64,000 nucleotides of DNA, taken from positions 31,631 through 95,630 of the forward strand of contig JASLKO010000180.1 of the NCBI GenBank assembly GCA_030747475.1. The letters are read 5' to 3'. Positions within the stretch are counted from its first letter, which is position 1. The number at the start of each line of letters is the position of its first letter. Of the stretch, positions 9,303-19,836 are shown in pieces. The position numbers were made by a program, and so were the translations under genes. The notes beneath the pieces were generated by a model that was given only the letters and a program-made list of their open reading frames with translations, did not search any database and was not told the origin of the DNA. This DNA is from Candidatus Thalassarchaeaceae archaeon. Its GTDB lineage: Archaea; Thermoplasmatota; Poseidoniia; Poseidoniales; Thalassarchaeaceae.

Positions 9303-12300
9303 ATGCGAAACAAAGCTGTACTTTTGATAATTACAATGCTACTGTCATCAGTAGCTCCATTCTCAACTTCTAATTTGGGACTTGAGGCAAATTCCGATGA
9401 AACATCAGGTAGAACTGGAGATATTGAATATATCCAATATTTTGGTAATTGGACAGGACAAAATGCCCTTGTCAATCAAACAGCAATCACTCCGATTTCT
9501 CCGATGACAATCCCATTGACTGCAGTTGCAGATACGTATGGAATTACTAATGATGATGTCCAATACACAGAATTACCACAAAATTGGTGGACAATGAACA
9601 CACCAGTTTACACTGACATTGGAACTCAAACTGATGGCACACTGGAACTCAATGGAGGCACTCAATGGTCTCCAAACGGAAAGATGTACGGAGGCGTCGC
9701 CCTCGACGGCTCCCCTGGAAGCAACATCACTTCTACGAACTGTGCAACTCACACCGCCTACGAAAACAATGGAAATGGATTTGCAGGGTGGATCAACCCC
9801 AATTCGTTGGGTGGTCAATTGTTTAGTCGAACAGTAGATCGCACTGATGCCCATGGTGGCTTCGATGGTGTTGACGTAAGTATCAATGCATCTGGTTGGT
9901 TACAAATGAAAGTATTCTGGGCCGCCCAAAATGAATTTGACACCACAGTCGATTGGGTCTTCGATGAATCGATGACCATGACAACCCGAATTGAGGTGGG
10001 TGTATGGAATTATGTTACAGTAAGATATTATCGATCCAGTTGGAATTTTTACGGACAGGTTTACGTTGACAATGGGACAACTGCCGATAAAAGCAATGGA
10101 AACCATGGCCATTACTTCAATTTCCAATATGCCACACCCTCAGAATCTCAAATGATGACATATGGCAATGAACCCTGTGTATTTGGAGAAGGATTTGATG
10201 GGGAAATTGATGAATTGCGTTATTTTAAGTCTTCCAATCCAATGGGGGCCAATAAAGCAACTGGTCTATGGAAAACAGATGGCCCAACCCCTCTTCCGTC
10301 AGGCCTCTCCTTTGATTATCAGACTGGTGAGATTACAGGTACACCATTGACACCATGGCCATCCACAGATTACACCGTGACCGTCGTCTCAGGAGAAAAT
10401 AACGCATCTACGGTGTTGGCGCTTGAGGTTGTTGAACCTGACCTCCCCTCTATTTCTCACGGTACAAATGATGCATTCTTCCTCACAACAGGTGATGAAG
10501 AATCAATCTCACCACCTTCGAACCTTGGTGGCGATTCAGCATTCTGGACATTGACTGCTGGCCATCCAAGTTACTCGGGTCAAGTCGACATCTCACCATC
10601 CTCTACATGTGCATTAGATGATGAAGGAAAATTGTACTGTTGGGGTAAGAACTCAGGCAGAATGTTGGATTCATCCCAAGGCACGAACTATGTTGTCGCC
10701 AATCCGACTTTACATCCAGATGCAGCAGCAGCCAATCTGACCTTCACCAAGATTGCCAGTGAAGATAATGGATTTTGTGGGATTCTTACAAATGGTAGCC
10801 TTTGGTGCTGGGGAAATGACGGCAACACGGGGCACCTTGGCCTTGGTCAATACAACGGCTACCAGGTTCCACAACAGGTGCTATTCGATCCAGATTTGAA
10901 TTCATTAGGATCTTCTCAATATTTCTATGGCTCCTCCAGTTCCTCTGGTTGTGCTGACATCAGCCCTAGTTCAGGATATGGCTTTGAATCATTTGAGAAC
11001 ACTTCCGCAGTTGCATGGGAAGAACATCTTATCTCTGCAAATGGCAATCCGACAGGAAGTGATGGCAATTGGTCCTACACAAACACGAATGTCCACTCTT
11101 CCCTGAATACCTTGCACGGTAACTATGTATTGGGTTCAGCATCATCCAATCTAGATTGGGATTCTCAGGCAAGTCATACAATTACACAAACAGAATCATC
11201 AATTATTGAATTGAACATTACAACAGGAGCAGGCCTTCTGAGTTTTTGTTCACTTTGGTCAACAGGATACAATGATGTGAAGGTCCACATAGATGGCACC
11301 CAAATCGTCTCCGAAACTTGGATTCACACAAGTTCGAGTTGGAGGTCATTGAACATTCCAGTGACCTCAGGAAATCATCTATTGACAATTGAGTACTACC
11401 ATGACCACTATACTAACAGTTACTTTGACAGAGCATTCATTGATGCCTTGAAGTGGCCTTTGCCCACCCCTCCAGTGAATTGGACTGAACCGACAGTCAC
11501 TGACATTGCATGGAATGCCGATACAGCATGTGCAATTGCAGATTCAGATGTGTATTGTTGGGGCGTTAATCAATATGGCATATTGGGCAATGGTGATTTG
11601 ACCCAGAGATACCGACCCACAAAGGTCTCGACACCAGCAAACCTTTCTTTTTCAGCAGTCGATGTTGGTTCGTTCCATGCCTGTGCATTGGCCGATGATG
11701 GAACGATGTGGTGTTGGGGAGAAGGCATTGATGGAAGATTAGGACACAGTGCCGACACATGGAATCCAGAAGGTGCAGGGTATAGTTCCAATCAGGCTCA
11801 CTTCAATACTGCAAGAAGTTATGTTCCTGCTCAGGTTGATTTCAATGCAAATGTAACAGTATCAAGTATCGAACTAGGTATAAGGAACACCTGTGCGATT
11901 GGAAACGATGATGATAGTGGATATGAGCAACTCTGGTGTTGGGGCTACAACCAAAACTTCCAGAGTTCCCACACCGCCGGAAGTGTGGTATTTCCACAAG
12001 CTGGCCCACTCTATGAGAGTACATCCACTGGTTCGATCCCAACACATGTAGAGACCGACCAAACTCAAACATGTGTGCTATTCAGCAATGCATCTGTATG
12101 GTGCATGGGCAAGCATTACACTGGGACAAACACGAACAGTGACTATGAACAGCCCCAACAATGGTGGGAATTGGATGGTTATGGTCAGAACGTCACATCT
12201 CTTTCTGCAGGTGGTTCATCGACATATGGAATGTGTGTAATGGTTCAGCATGACCCAGCATTGTATTGTTGGGGGGACAACGGAAATAACCAACAGGGCG

Positions 12301-14378
12301 TAACTGGGTTATCGACCGGTTTGTACAAATTGCCAGGTCCAGTGGATGGTTTGATTGGTGGCCGCGACAACGCAGTCCTAGCTCCCGGTTTAACTTTCAA
12401 CAATTCAAATGGAATGATTACAGGCACACCTACAACCGAAAACACGGACTCAGTTGAATTGAACATCTATGCTTGTAATGGTCGAGGCTGTGATTCAGCA
12501 GCATTCAACTATTCAATTTGGGATCGACCGGAGGTAAGTCAAGTTGACCTCACAGGCCAAGATGTTAATCATTCAAAGCAACCCCCAGAGGTCCACAAGG
12601 GCCGAAACGTGAATCTCAGTATCGAGGTAACCAGTGAACGCCCGATTGCCAACTATACTTGGTGGATTGAGCACACCAATGGTTTGTTTTATTACGATAT
12701 GTTCCCGAATTCACCAACCTTTGTCACAGATCAATTACCGTTAGGACTTCAGGTACTACATTTCAGTGCAACCGATGATATTGGCGGCACATCCAATGAA
12801 GCATGGGTAATTCTCAATGTGCTTGAGTCAGATTCGGACGGAGATCAAGTGCCATTTTGGAATGATTTATGCCCTGAAGAAAACGCTCTTGGGTACGATG
12901 TGTATATTGGAATAGGATCATCTCAACAAGGTTCAGACGGTTGTATTGACAATAGTGATACAGACCAATTTTTAGATCCGGACGATGCATGCCCAACAGA
13001 ATTCGCAGCCCCAGAATGGGATCTGTATATTGGTGAAAGCACTGATGTTCTTGGTTCAGATGGTTGCATTGATGACACCGATCGAGATACAATTCTTGAA
13101 AATGTAGATCAATGTTTGACCACGCCATTCGCAGAACGATTCTATGTGAACCCACAGGGTTGTGGGCCCTCAGAACGAGATACTGATGGTGACGGTTACA
13201 AGGACAACGTTGATGCTTGTGAAAACACCCCTCTAGGTGAATCTACAGATGAATTCGGTTGTGGTGAATCACAAGTTGATTCAGATGGTGATGGTGTGTA
13301 TGACAACAATGACGTCTGCCCTGAATCACCTCTAGGCGCAACCGTCGACATCGATGGATGCGCAGCTGCAGAGAAAGATGGTGACGGTGATGGTGTCAAT
13401 GACGAAGTCGATGTGTGCGACACCACTCCACCGGGCTCTGAAGTCAATCTTGTTGGATGTGCAGAAGGCGATTTGGTTACCGATGACAACGATCAGGATG
13501 GCGTGGCAGACATCTTCGACAACTGTCCTATGACACCTGTTGGCGACGTTGTTGATTATGGTGGCTGTGGTCTTACTCAGAAGGATACCGACAATGATGG
13601 TATTACTGACGCAATGGATCAATGTCAAGACACACCAGGTTATGATATTCCAACAATTGATGCCAATGGATGCGGCTCCACACAGCGCGACTCAGATGGT
13701 GACGGTGTAATCGATTCAGTCGACCAATGTCTCAATACTCCAAGCAGTGTTGAAGTCACCCCTCTTGGATGTCAAGCGGGACTTTCAGACAGTGACCTTG
13801 ATTCAGTCGCAGATCTCATCGATGCATGTCCAAACACAACGGGAGATCAACCAGTCAATCTGAATGGTTGCGCGCCTTATCAGTTGGATTCAGATGGTGA
13901 TGGTATCACCAATGATATGGACGTATGTCCAACCACGCCCGCAGGTCAAGCAATCAAATCAAACGGTTGTGCAATAGACGACACTGTATTCGATCCACAG
14001 CGAGAAGATGATGACAATGATGGAGTATCCAACGATATCGACGAATGTCCCGATACCCCATTGGCTACCAAAGTCATCGACAACCGTGGTTGCCCAATCC
14101 TCATGGAGGACGAGACCCAATCTGTATCGACAATTGCTTTGGGAATCATGGCCTTCGCCATTCTATTCCTTCTATTGTTGACGGTACTAGTCATGCGCCG
14201 AAGAAGTCGGAGAGAGAGTGCATTGTGGGACTCCGGTGCAGCCGGCGACATCTTGTTTGACGCCATCGATACTGATGGTGACGGTGAGATTTCGGATGAG
14301 GAATGGGAAGCCTACAAGAAATATCGGGATTCAAACCAATCATCATCAGAGATAGAAGACGACGATCTGTTTGATTGA
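9303..14378 (+). CDS. Giant cell-surface protein B (about 1690 aa): signal peptide, RCC1 repeats, TSP3 Ca-binding repeats, single TM, cytoplasmic tail with a canonical EF-hand
   Basis: ORF 9180..14378 overlaps the end of gene A. The internal ATG at 9303 gives MRNKAVLLIITMLLSSVAPFS (signal peptide); ATG 9243 is an alternative. Many CWGxN..G.LG repeats. C-terminal CPxTPxGxxVDxxGC / DSDGDG repeats (about 12826-14090). TM LGIMAFAILFLLLLTVLVM. Tail DTDGDGEISDEE is a 12-residue EF-hand loop (D1 D3 D5 G6 I8 E12). Confidence 0.85.
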   Translation: MRNKAVLLIITMLLSSVAPFSTSNLGLEANSDETSGRTGDIEYIQYFGNWTGQNALVNQTAITPISPMTIPLTAVADTYGITNDDVQYTELPQNWWTMNTPVYTDIGTQTDGTLELNGGTQWSPNGKMYGGVALDGSPGSNITSTNCATHTAYENNGNGFAGWINPNSLGGQLFSRTVDRTDAHGGFDGVDVSINASGWLQMKVFWAAQNEFDTTVDWVFDESMTMTTRIEVGVWNYVTVRYYRSSWNFYGQVYVDNGTTADKSNGNHGHYFNFQYATPSESQMMTYGNEPCVFGEGFDGEIDELRYFKSSNPMGANKATGLWKTDGPTPLPSGLSFDYQTGEITGTPLTPWPSTDYTVTVVSGENNASTVLALEVVEPDLPSISHGTNDAFFLTTGDEESISPPSNLGGDSAFWTLTAGHPSYSGQVDISPSSTCALDDEGKLYCWGKNSGRMLDSSQGTNYVVANPTLHPDAAAANLTFTKIASEDNGFCGILTNGSLWCWGNDGNTGHLGLGQYNGYQVPQQVLFDPDLNSLGSSQYFYGSSSSSGCADISPSSGYGFESFENTSAVAWEEHLISANGNPTGSDGNWSYTNTNVHSSLNTLHGNYVLGSASSNLDWDSQASHTITQTESSIIELNITTGAGLLSFCSLWSTGYNDVKVHIDGTQIVSETWIHTSSSWRSLNIPVTSGNHLLTIEYYHDHYTNSYFDRAFIDALKWPLPTPPVNWTEPTVTDIAWNADTACAIADSDVYCWGVNQYGILGNGDLTQRYRPTKVSTPANLSFSAVDVGSFHACALADDGTMWCWGEGIDGRLGHSADTWNPEGAGYSSNQAHFNTARSYVPAQVDFNANVTVSSIELGIRNTCAIGNDDDSGYEQLWCWGYNQNFQSSHTAGSVVFPQAGPLYESTSTGSIPTHVETDQTQTCVLFSNASVWCMGKHYTGTNTNSDYEQPQQWWELDGYGQNVTSLSAGGSSTYGMCVMVQHDPALYCWGDNGNNQQGVTGLSTGLYKLPGPVDGLIGGRDNAVLAPGLTFNNSNGMITGTPTTENTDSVELNIYACNGRGCDSAAFNYSIWDRPEVSQVDLTGQDVNHSKQPPEVHKGRNVNLSIEVTSERPIANYTWWIEHTNGLFYYDMFPNSPTFVTDQLPLGLQVLHFSATDDIGGTSNEAWVILNVLESDSDGDQVPFWNDLCPEENALGYDVYIGIGSSQQGSDGCIDNSDTDQFLDPDDACPTEFAAPEWDLYIGESTDVLGSDGCIDDTDRDTILENVDQCLTTPFAERFYVNPQGCGPSERDTDGDGYKDNVDACENTPLGESTDEFGCGESQVDSDGDGVYDNNDVCPESPLGATVDIDGCAAAEKDGDGDGVNDEVDVCDTTPPGSEVNLVGCAEGDLVTDDNDQDGVADIFDNCPMTPVGDVVDYGGCGLTQKDTDNDGITDAMDQCQDTPGYDIPTIDANGCGSTQRDSDGDGVIDSVDQCLNTPSSVEVTPLGCQAGLSDSDLDSVADLIDACPNTTGDQPVNLNGCAPYQLDSDGDGITNDMDVCPTTPAGQAIKSNGCAIDDTVFDPQREDDDNDGVSNDIDECPDTPLATKVIDNRGCPILMEDETQSVSTIALGIMAFAILFLLLLTVLVMRRRSRRESALWDSGAAGDILFDAIDTDGDGEISDEEWEAYKKYRDSNQSSSEIEDDDLFD

Positions 14379-14395
14379 ATTCACTAGAGGGAGAA

Positions 14396-17300
14396 TCACT
14401 CTTCCTCAAGTAGGGCATCAATGATTTGCGCCTTTGTACCACTGTGAGGGGCACCACGCTCCTTCGCTAGGGCTACCAATTCCGCCTTCTTCATGCGATT
14501 TAGAGAGGCCTTCGACGGTTTGGATTGTGGCCATCCTGATGGTGTACTCAGTGTAAGTTCCTTCTCATCATCTCTGGATAGCTCCTGTTCGACGACAGCA
14601 TCAATATCTTCATCATCGATTCTCTTCGACCACATGTTCAGATAATGTTCTGGGCTAAAGCGACCAGTTTCAATATGGCGCTCCATTCGAACCACTGCTT
14701 CTTTGGTTGTCAGACCAAGAGCCACAGCCTTTGAGAAGACTCTGGCCAATTCTTTTCCAGTCTGATCAGAATCATCAATCTCATCTTCCCCGAATTCATT
14801 GCGATGAGCTCGAATATCTTCTTGAATCTCATCGTGTTGTTTTCCTGTGATGAGTTTAGCAACGAACATATCAGCCGCTTGATTTGACACCTTACGTAGT
14901 TGCATTGGATTCTCAGCGGTTAAAATCATCCCACGGAGCCTTCTTTCAGCGTCTGCGCGCCCTTGTTTGACATACAGAATCGAACCGACTGTGAAAAGGA
15001 CGAGCAAGGGAATTAGAACCAATGCCATTGTTAGGAGATCTCCTTCGAGGAATTTCTCAGTAAACGATTTGCTTGGTGCAGCTGCAACATCGATGCAACC
15101 ATCACCATCCTCGTCTGATACATTGTTTACAGCAATCAGTGGGCACTCATCCATTGAGTCAGATAATCCATCACCGTCATCATCGAAATCTTCACTCTCG
15201 TCTTGACAACCATCACCATCATTGTCGGTAATCTCATCTGAAGTCCATCCAGTATTGCCAACTGGACAATTATCAATATCGTCATCAATTCCATCGCCGT
15301 CATCGTCACTATCTTCCAGCGAATCTTTACAGCCATCACCATCTAGGTCAGTGGTCTCATTAGAGGTCCACCCCCATTGACCCCCTGTTTGACAGGAATC
15401 ACTCGTATCTTGAATGCCATCACCGTCATCATCTAAGTCTTCGACTAAATCGTAACAACCGTCGTTATCGTAGTCATTTGAACTGGTTGGAGCCCAACCA
15501 AGTGCGCCTTGAGGGCATGAATCTAATTCATCAATTCGTTGATCTCCGTCGTCATTGTCATCACAGGCATCTCCATCGATGTCTCCATCATAATTTTCCT
15601 GGCCTGGATTTGGAATAGATAGGCAATTGTCTTGTAAATTGGCAACTCCATCACCATCATTGTCAATGAGATTGTCACACCCATCTGGAATGCCATCTAA
15701 ATCTAGGTCAACTGCATCGTTTGAGCCAGGACACAAATCGAATTCATCCGACCACCCATCGTTATCAGAATCAGTACCGGGCCACGAATTCCATTGTTCT
15801 CCAATTTCCGCATCCCCTTGAATCATATTGTAAATCACGCTTTCATTGGTTGTTCCAAACCAATTTTGGTCAACCGTAATAGCGGCACTAGTCACCGTTG
15901 GTACATCGATTGCAGTGGAACTGATTTGAGTAAATGAATTGTCAGTGAAAGTGGCTTGCTGTAGAGTGTTCGGGAGGCTTTCATCAACGGTAATTGCAGT
16001 TCCGTTGATTTCAGACATATTGTTTGCATTGATCGTAACATATCGCACATCTTGAATCAAGAATCCCTCTGATGACTCGATATTCTCCATCATGTTCTCT
16101 CCAATGTACAGTGTACTGATATCGCTCATTGTAACCATGGGTGTCGAATTGACGCCACTATCACTGAATGTGTTCCCTGAAACTTCCACTTGAGGAATCT
16201 GTCCAGAGGCAGGAACAATGTTCACCGTACTCTCAGAGTTCACGACAGAATTGTCAGTAAATTGCAAGGTTGAAATTTGGCCTGCACCAGGATCTAATCC
16301 ATCAGGGGTCGTAGTGAAAATATAGTCACCATTGAGGTTGTTGAAATGATTCCCATCGATTGTAACCATTCCACTAAGTCCTGAGGCAATGATACCTGAC
16401 CGACCTTCATTCTCATTGCTTCCATCAATTGTCATGTCACGTATGGTTAAGTCGGAGATTCCAGCCGAGGCATCAACACTCAAAGCGACATCCTGCGCTC
16501 CTTCGCCTTGCAGAGTAATACCTTCGATTGTGATATTATTCATCATGAAATTACTCTGGAGCAGTAAACCACCAGTAAATGTTGGTTGGCTGTTTTCAAT
16601 CGCCGTAATCAGCATGTTTCCCTGTATTGAAGCAGGTGCAATGATGAGATTCTCATTAAACACTCCATCTGATAGAATGATATTGTGCGACTCTTGTTCT
16701 GAACCAATCAATGTATGTTGTATGGCGAAAGAAGGACTAGCGAAATAGGCAGCAGATTCACCCACTCCAAGCGTGATATTCTTACCGGTACTTTTCGCAA
16801 AGGGGGCCAATGAAGCTTCGTTGACAGTGGTTGTGTGTCCAACATTAATCATGAAAACATCCACTGAATCAAAATCACTTGATTGCTCATCAAACACACC
16901 AGCGGTGGAGACTTGCAGTCCAGCACCGACAGAGATGTTAGCGTACTCATTGTCTCTCAGTGAGATTCCACTGAGGTAATCACCAGGGTACATCCCTGTC
17001 CATTCATGGGTGAATACTCCCATTCCGGGAACATCTGTACCGACCCACTTCCCATCGTGTATGTCAGAGAACCGATTATTCTCAATGAGGGCCCCCCCAT
17101 CAATTTCGGACGAGACCACTTCGTGAATCGAAATCCCCAATCCAATGGAATCATTGTATCCACCGATGTCGTAAATGTGATTTCCATGGATATGTAATCC
17201 ATCGATGGTGTGGAGAATCTGACCATTTTCCACAGCATCAGTCAGAATGCCCCAAGAAGTGGCTCGAATATCATCGATTTTCTTCGCCATGCCATGAATC

Positions 17301-17803
17301 AGATTATTCCCAATTTCAATATTTGAGATGTTATTTGCACCACCAGCAACATAGAACCCATATCTTGTATTTTCATCTCCGAGAAGATCAAATCCAGTGA
17401 CTGAAACATCATCGCTACTGATTAAGAATCCACCATATCCACCCCGAAGGTCCAAGATACTCTCAGAGAAATCGCCAGATTGTCTCAGCAATGCACTATC
17501 TGCACTTCGGGCACCATTCACAGTCAATGCATGAGTGATTTCAATCGTAGCAGTGAGCACATAGGTTCCACTAGCAACCTCAACTGTGTCACCAGACGAT
17601 GATGCCATGACTGCGTCATTGATTGTGCAATAGGGGTTTGAAGACGCCCCATCACCACTATTTGGGCAATTTGCAGCATCCACATATAGGGTCGTTCCAC
17701 CGTTTGCGGAAGCACTGGGGAACAGGCAAAGTGCAGGTGTGATGAATGCGCAAACCAACAGCACCGAAAATGCACGTATCCGTCGATACCCCGCTGGATG
17801 CAT
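14396..17803 (-). CDS. Giant cell-surface protein C (1135 aa): signal peptide, right-handed parallel beta-helix (pectin-lyase fold) repeats, TSP3 Ca-binding repeats, single TM, roughly 180-aa cytoplasmic tail ending in a Rho_N/SAP-like motif
   Basis: N-term MHPAGYRRIRAFSVLLVCAFITPALCLFPSASA. Repeated G-N-x-I/NNxF...GxxV beta-helix motifs (GNHIYDIGG, ENNRFSDIHDGKW). D-rich DxDGDG region (DNA about 15060-15800). TM LTMALVLIPLLVLFTVGSILYV. C-terminus SLNRMKKAELVALAKERGAPHSGTKAQIIDALLEEE matches the LxxMxxxELxxLAxxxG...K.QIIDALL pattern of Rho N-terminal/SAP helices. Confidence 0.82.
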   Translation of the reverse strand: MHPAGYRRIRAFSVLLVCAFITPALCLFPSASANGGTTLYVDAANCPNSGDGASSNPYCTINDAVMASSSGDTVEVASGTYVLTATIEITHALTVNGARSADSALLRQSGDFSESILDLRGGYGGFLISSDDVSVTGFDLLGDENTRYGFYVAGGANNISNIEIGNNLIHGMAKKIDDIRATSWGILTDAVENGQILHTIDGLHIHGNHIYDIGGYNDSIGLGISIHEVVSSEIDGGALIENNRFSDIHDGKWVGTDVPGMGVFTHEWTGMYPGDYLSGISLRDNEYANISVGAGLQVSTAGVFDEQSSDFDSVDVFMINVGHTTTVNEASLAPFAKSTGKNITLGVGESAAYFASPSFAIQHTLIGSEQESHNIILSDGVFNENLIIAPASIQGNMLITAIENSQPTFTGGLLLQSNFMMNNITIEGITLQGEGAQDVALSVDASAGISDLTIRDMTIDGSNENEGRSGIIASGLSGMVTIDGNHFNNLNGDYIFTTTPDGLDPGAGQISTLQFTDNSVVNSESTVNIVPASGQIPQVEVSGNTFSDSGVNSTPMVTMSDISTLYIGENMMENIESSEGFLIQDVRYVTINANNMSEINGTAITVDESLPNTLQQATFTDNSFTQISSTAIDVPTVTSAAITVDQNWFGTTNESVIYNMIQGDAEIGEQWNSWPGTDSDNDGWSDEFDLCPGSNDAVDLDLDGIPDGCDNLIDNDGDGVANLQDNCLSIPNPGQENYDGDIDGDACDDNDDGDQRIDELDSCPQGALGWAPTSSNDYDNDGCYDLVEDLDDDGDGIQDTSDSCQTGGQWGWTSNETTDLDGDGCKDSLEDSDDDGDGIDDDIDNCPVGNTGWTSDEITDNDGDGCQDESEDFDDDGDGLSDSMDECPLIAVNNVSDEDGDGCIDVAAAPSKSFTEKFLEGDLLTMALVLIPLLVLFTVGSILYVKQGRADAERRLRGMILTAENPMQLRKVSNQAADMFVAKLITGKQHDEIQEDIRAHRNEFGEDEIDDSDQTGKELARVFSKAVALGLTTKEAVVRMERHIETGRFSPEHYLNMWSKRIDDEDIDAVVEQELSRDDEKELTLSTPSGWPQSKPSKASLNRMKKAELVALAKERGAPHSGTKAQIIDALLEEE

Positions 17804-17819
17804 ACGGGAGCCGAGGAGG

Positions 17820-17840
17820 CCCCATCGTATAACGATGGGG
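17820..17840 (-). terminator. Perfect hairpin CCCCATCGT-ATA-ACGATGGGG (9-bp stem, 3-nt loop) between the methyltransferase stop (17870) and the start of gene C (17803)
   Basis: Read directly. It lies 30 nt downstream of the TAA of the minus-strand methyltransferase gene and is followed on the minus strand by a T-run (aaaaaatcc on plus near 17872-17880 is upstream, so the T-run evidence is weak). Confidence 0.35.
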
Positions 17841-17869
17841 AATAACCCGATTACTCGATATCGAAAAAG

Positions 17870-18523
17870 TTAGGATTTTTTCCAAACAGCGAGATATCGA
17901 TTTACATCAGGAGTTTCTTCCTTGATGAAGGGTTGAAAATCAACTTGTTCTAACGATGCAAACATCGCTTGTAACCAACTCATTTTGAGGGGCCACGGAG
18001 GTGGTGGGATTTCAGATTCACTCCCATCGTCTAAACGGCCGATACAGAAGAGATGTCCACCATTTTTCAACAATTTAGGAACCATCGGAGCGGCCCTTTC
18101 ACGCAACTCTTCAGGAATCGCTTGGAGAATGTGAATTTCAACGACGAGATCGAAATTGGCCAGCCAAGATTCTGGAAGATTCAGGAGGTCTGCAACTTGC
18201 CAGTCCACATTAGAATCGGGAAATCGTTCCCGACACCACTCGATGCACGTATCGGACAGATCGAAAGCCGTCACCTCAAATCCTTGGGCGGCAAGACCCG
18301 CAGCATCGTCGCCAAGGCCACAACCGATGACCAAAGCGTGGCCAGAAAAACCACGGCCTTGCAACCAATTCATCATCACGGGGTTTGGCTCTAAAGCTGC
18401 CCAGGGGATCTCTCCAGCATCACGCTTTGCTGATGAGTAAAGTTCCTCAAACCAACGCAGTGGATCCCCATCCTCTGCTGCTGCTTCAGATAGACCAAGA
18501 AGCCGTTCTCGCATTTCATCCAC
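17870..18523 (-). CDS. Class I SAM-dependent methyltransferase (TPMT/TehB-like), 217 aa
   Basis: Motif I region ALVIGCGLGDDAAGLAAQGFEVTAFDLSDTCIEWCRERF (GxGxG SAM-binding loop followed by an acidic residue at the end of beta-2). Co-directional with icd and 10 bp downstream of it. Confidence 0.7.
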   Translation of the reverse strand: MDEMRERLLGLSEAAAEDGDPLRWFEELYSSAKRDAGEIPWAALEPNPVMMNWLQGRGFSGHALVIGCGLGDDAAGLAAQGFEVTAFDLSDTCIEWCRERFPDSNVDWQVADLLNLPESWLANFDLVVEIHILQAIPEELRERAAPMVPKLLKNGGHLFCIGRLDDGSESEIPPPPWPLKMSWLQAMFASLEQVDFQPFIKEETPDVNRYLAVWKKS

Positions 18524-18532
18524 TTGAACAAC

Positions 18533-19771
18533 TCACATGTGTTCGATAATGGTGGCTCCAAATTCACTGCATTTGAGTAGAATTGCATCATCCATTAGTC
18601 GCTCAAAGTCGTAGGTAACCGTCTTCGCACTAATTGCTCCACCCATTCCCTTGACGATGAGATCTGCCGCTTCAGTCCAGCCCATATGCCTCAACATCAT
18701 TTCAGCACTGAGAATAAGAGAACCAGGGTTGACTTTGTCCAATCCGGTATACTTTGGTGCAGTACCGTGAGTGGCCTCAAAAATTGCAATGCCCGTATCG
18801 TAGTTGATATTCGCACCAGGTGCAATACCAATGCCACCCACTTGTGCTGCTAGAGCATCAGAGATGTAGTCACCATTGAGATTCATCGTCGTCAATACAT
18901 CGTATTCGCGTGGACGTGTCAGAACTTGTTGGAGCATAGCATCAGCAATCACATCCTTGATGAGAATCTCCTTTCCATTGTTTGGATTCTTCATAGAACA
19001 CCATGGGCCACCATCGATTTCAACGGCACCAAATTCATCTTTTGCAAGTTGATATCCCCAATCTCTGAATCCACCTTCAGTGAATTTCATGATATTGCCT
19101 TTGTGAACCAATGTTACACTTGTTTTGTTCGTGTCGATGGCATATTGAATCGCAGCTCGAACGATGCGCGCAGTTCCTTCGCTAGAGATTGGTTTGATTC
19201 CAATCCCACTTGTATCGGGGAATCTGATTTTTTCAACACCCATCTCATTTTGGAGGAAATCAATGACCTTCGCCACTTCATCAGAACCAGATTCCCATTC
19301 GATACCAGCATAGACATCTTCGCTATTTTCTCTGAAAATGATCATGTCAACAGCACCCGGGTCCTTCACTGGACTGGGCGTTCCATCATACCAACGTACA
19401 GGACGTACACATGCAAACAGATCGAGTTTTTGCCTCAATGCAACATTGAGTGAACGAATACCACCTCCTACTGGAGTTGTCAGGGGCCCTTTGATTGAAA
19501 CCAGACCGTTGCGAATAGCCTCTAGAGTTTCATCAGGAAGCCACTCTCCAGTCGCATTGAATGCTTTCTGTCCAGCGAGTATTTCTTTCCACACAATCAC
19601 CCTTTCACCATCGTACGCATGACTAACAGCCGCATTGACCACTGACTGCATTACTGGTGTGATATCGGACCCAATACAATCTCCTTCAATGAAATGTACA
19701 ATTGGGTCAACAGGGACGTTGAGTTGCCCGTTTTCCATGGTGATGATAGTGCCTGATGCCATGGCTATCAA
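18533..19771 (-). CDS. icd: NADP-dependent isocitrate dehydrogenase (prokaryotic homodimeric type)
   Basis: [25 protein letters not shown] ... [36 protein letters not shown] is near-identical to the conserved IDH substrate/phosphorylation loop. The true start may be the internal Met (MASG...). Confidence 0.92.
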   Translation of the reverse strand: MIAMASGTIITMENGQLNVPVDPIVHFIEGDCIGSDITPVMQSVVNAAVSHAYDGERVIVWKEILAGQKAFNATGEWLPDETLEAIRNGLVSIKGPLTTPVGGGIRSLNVALRQKLDLFACVRPVRWYDGTPSPVKDPGAVDMIIFRENSEDVYAGIEWESGSDEVAKVIDFLQNEMGVEKIRFPDTSGIGIKPISSEGTARIVRAAIQYAIDTNKTSVTLVHKGNIMKFTEGGFRDWGYQLAKDEFGAVEIDGGPWCSMKNPNNGKEILIKDVIADAMLQQVLTRPREYDVLTTMNLNGDYISDALAAQVGGIGIAPGANINYDTGIAIFEATHGTAPKYTGLDKVNPGSLILSAEMMLRHMGWTEAADLIVKGMGGAISAKTVTYDFERLMDDAILLKCSEFGATIIEHM

Positions 19772-19836
19772 GCCGTCCGACCCGCCACTTGTTCATGATG
19801 CTAACCCTCATCCCCTTCCTACATGTACGGCAATTC

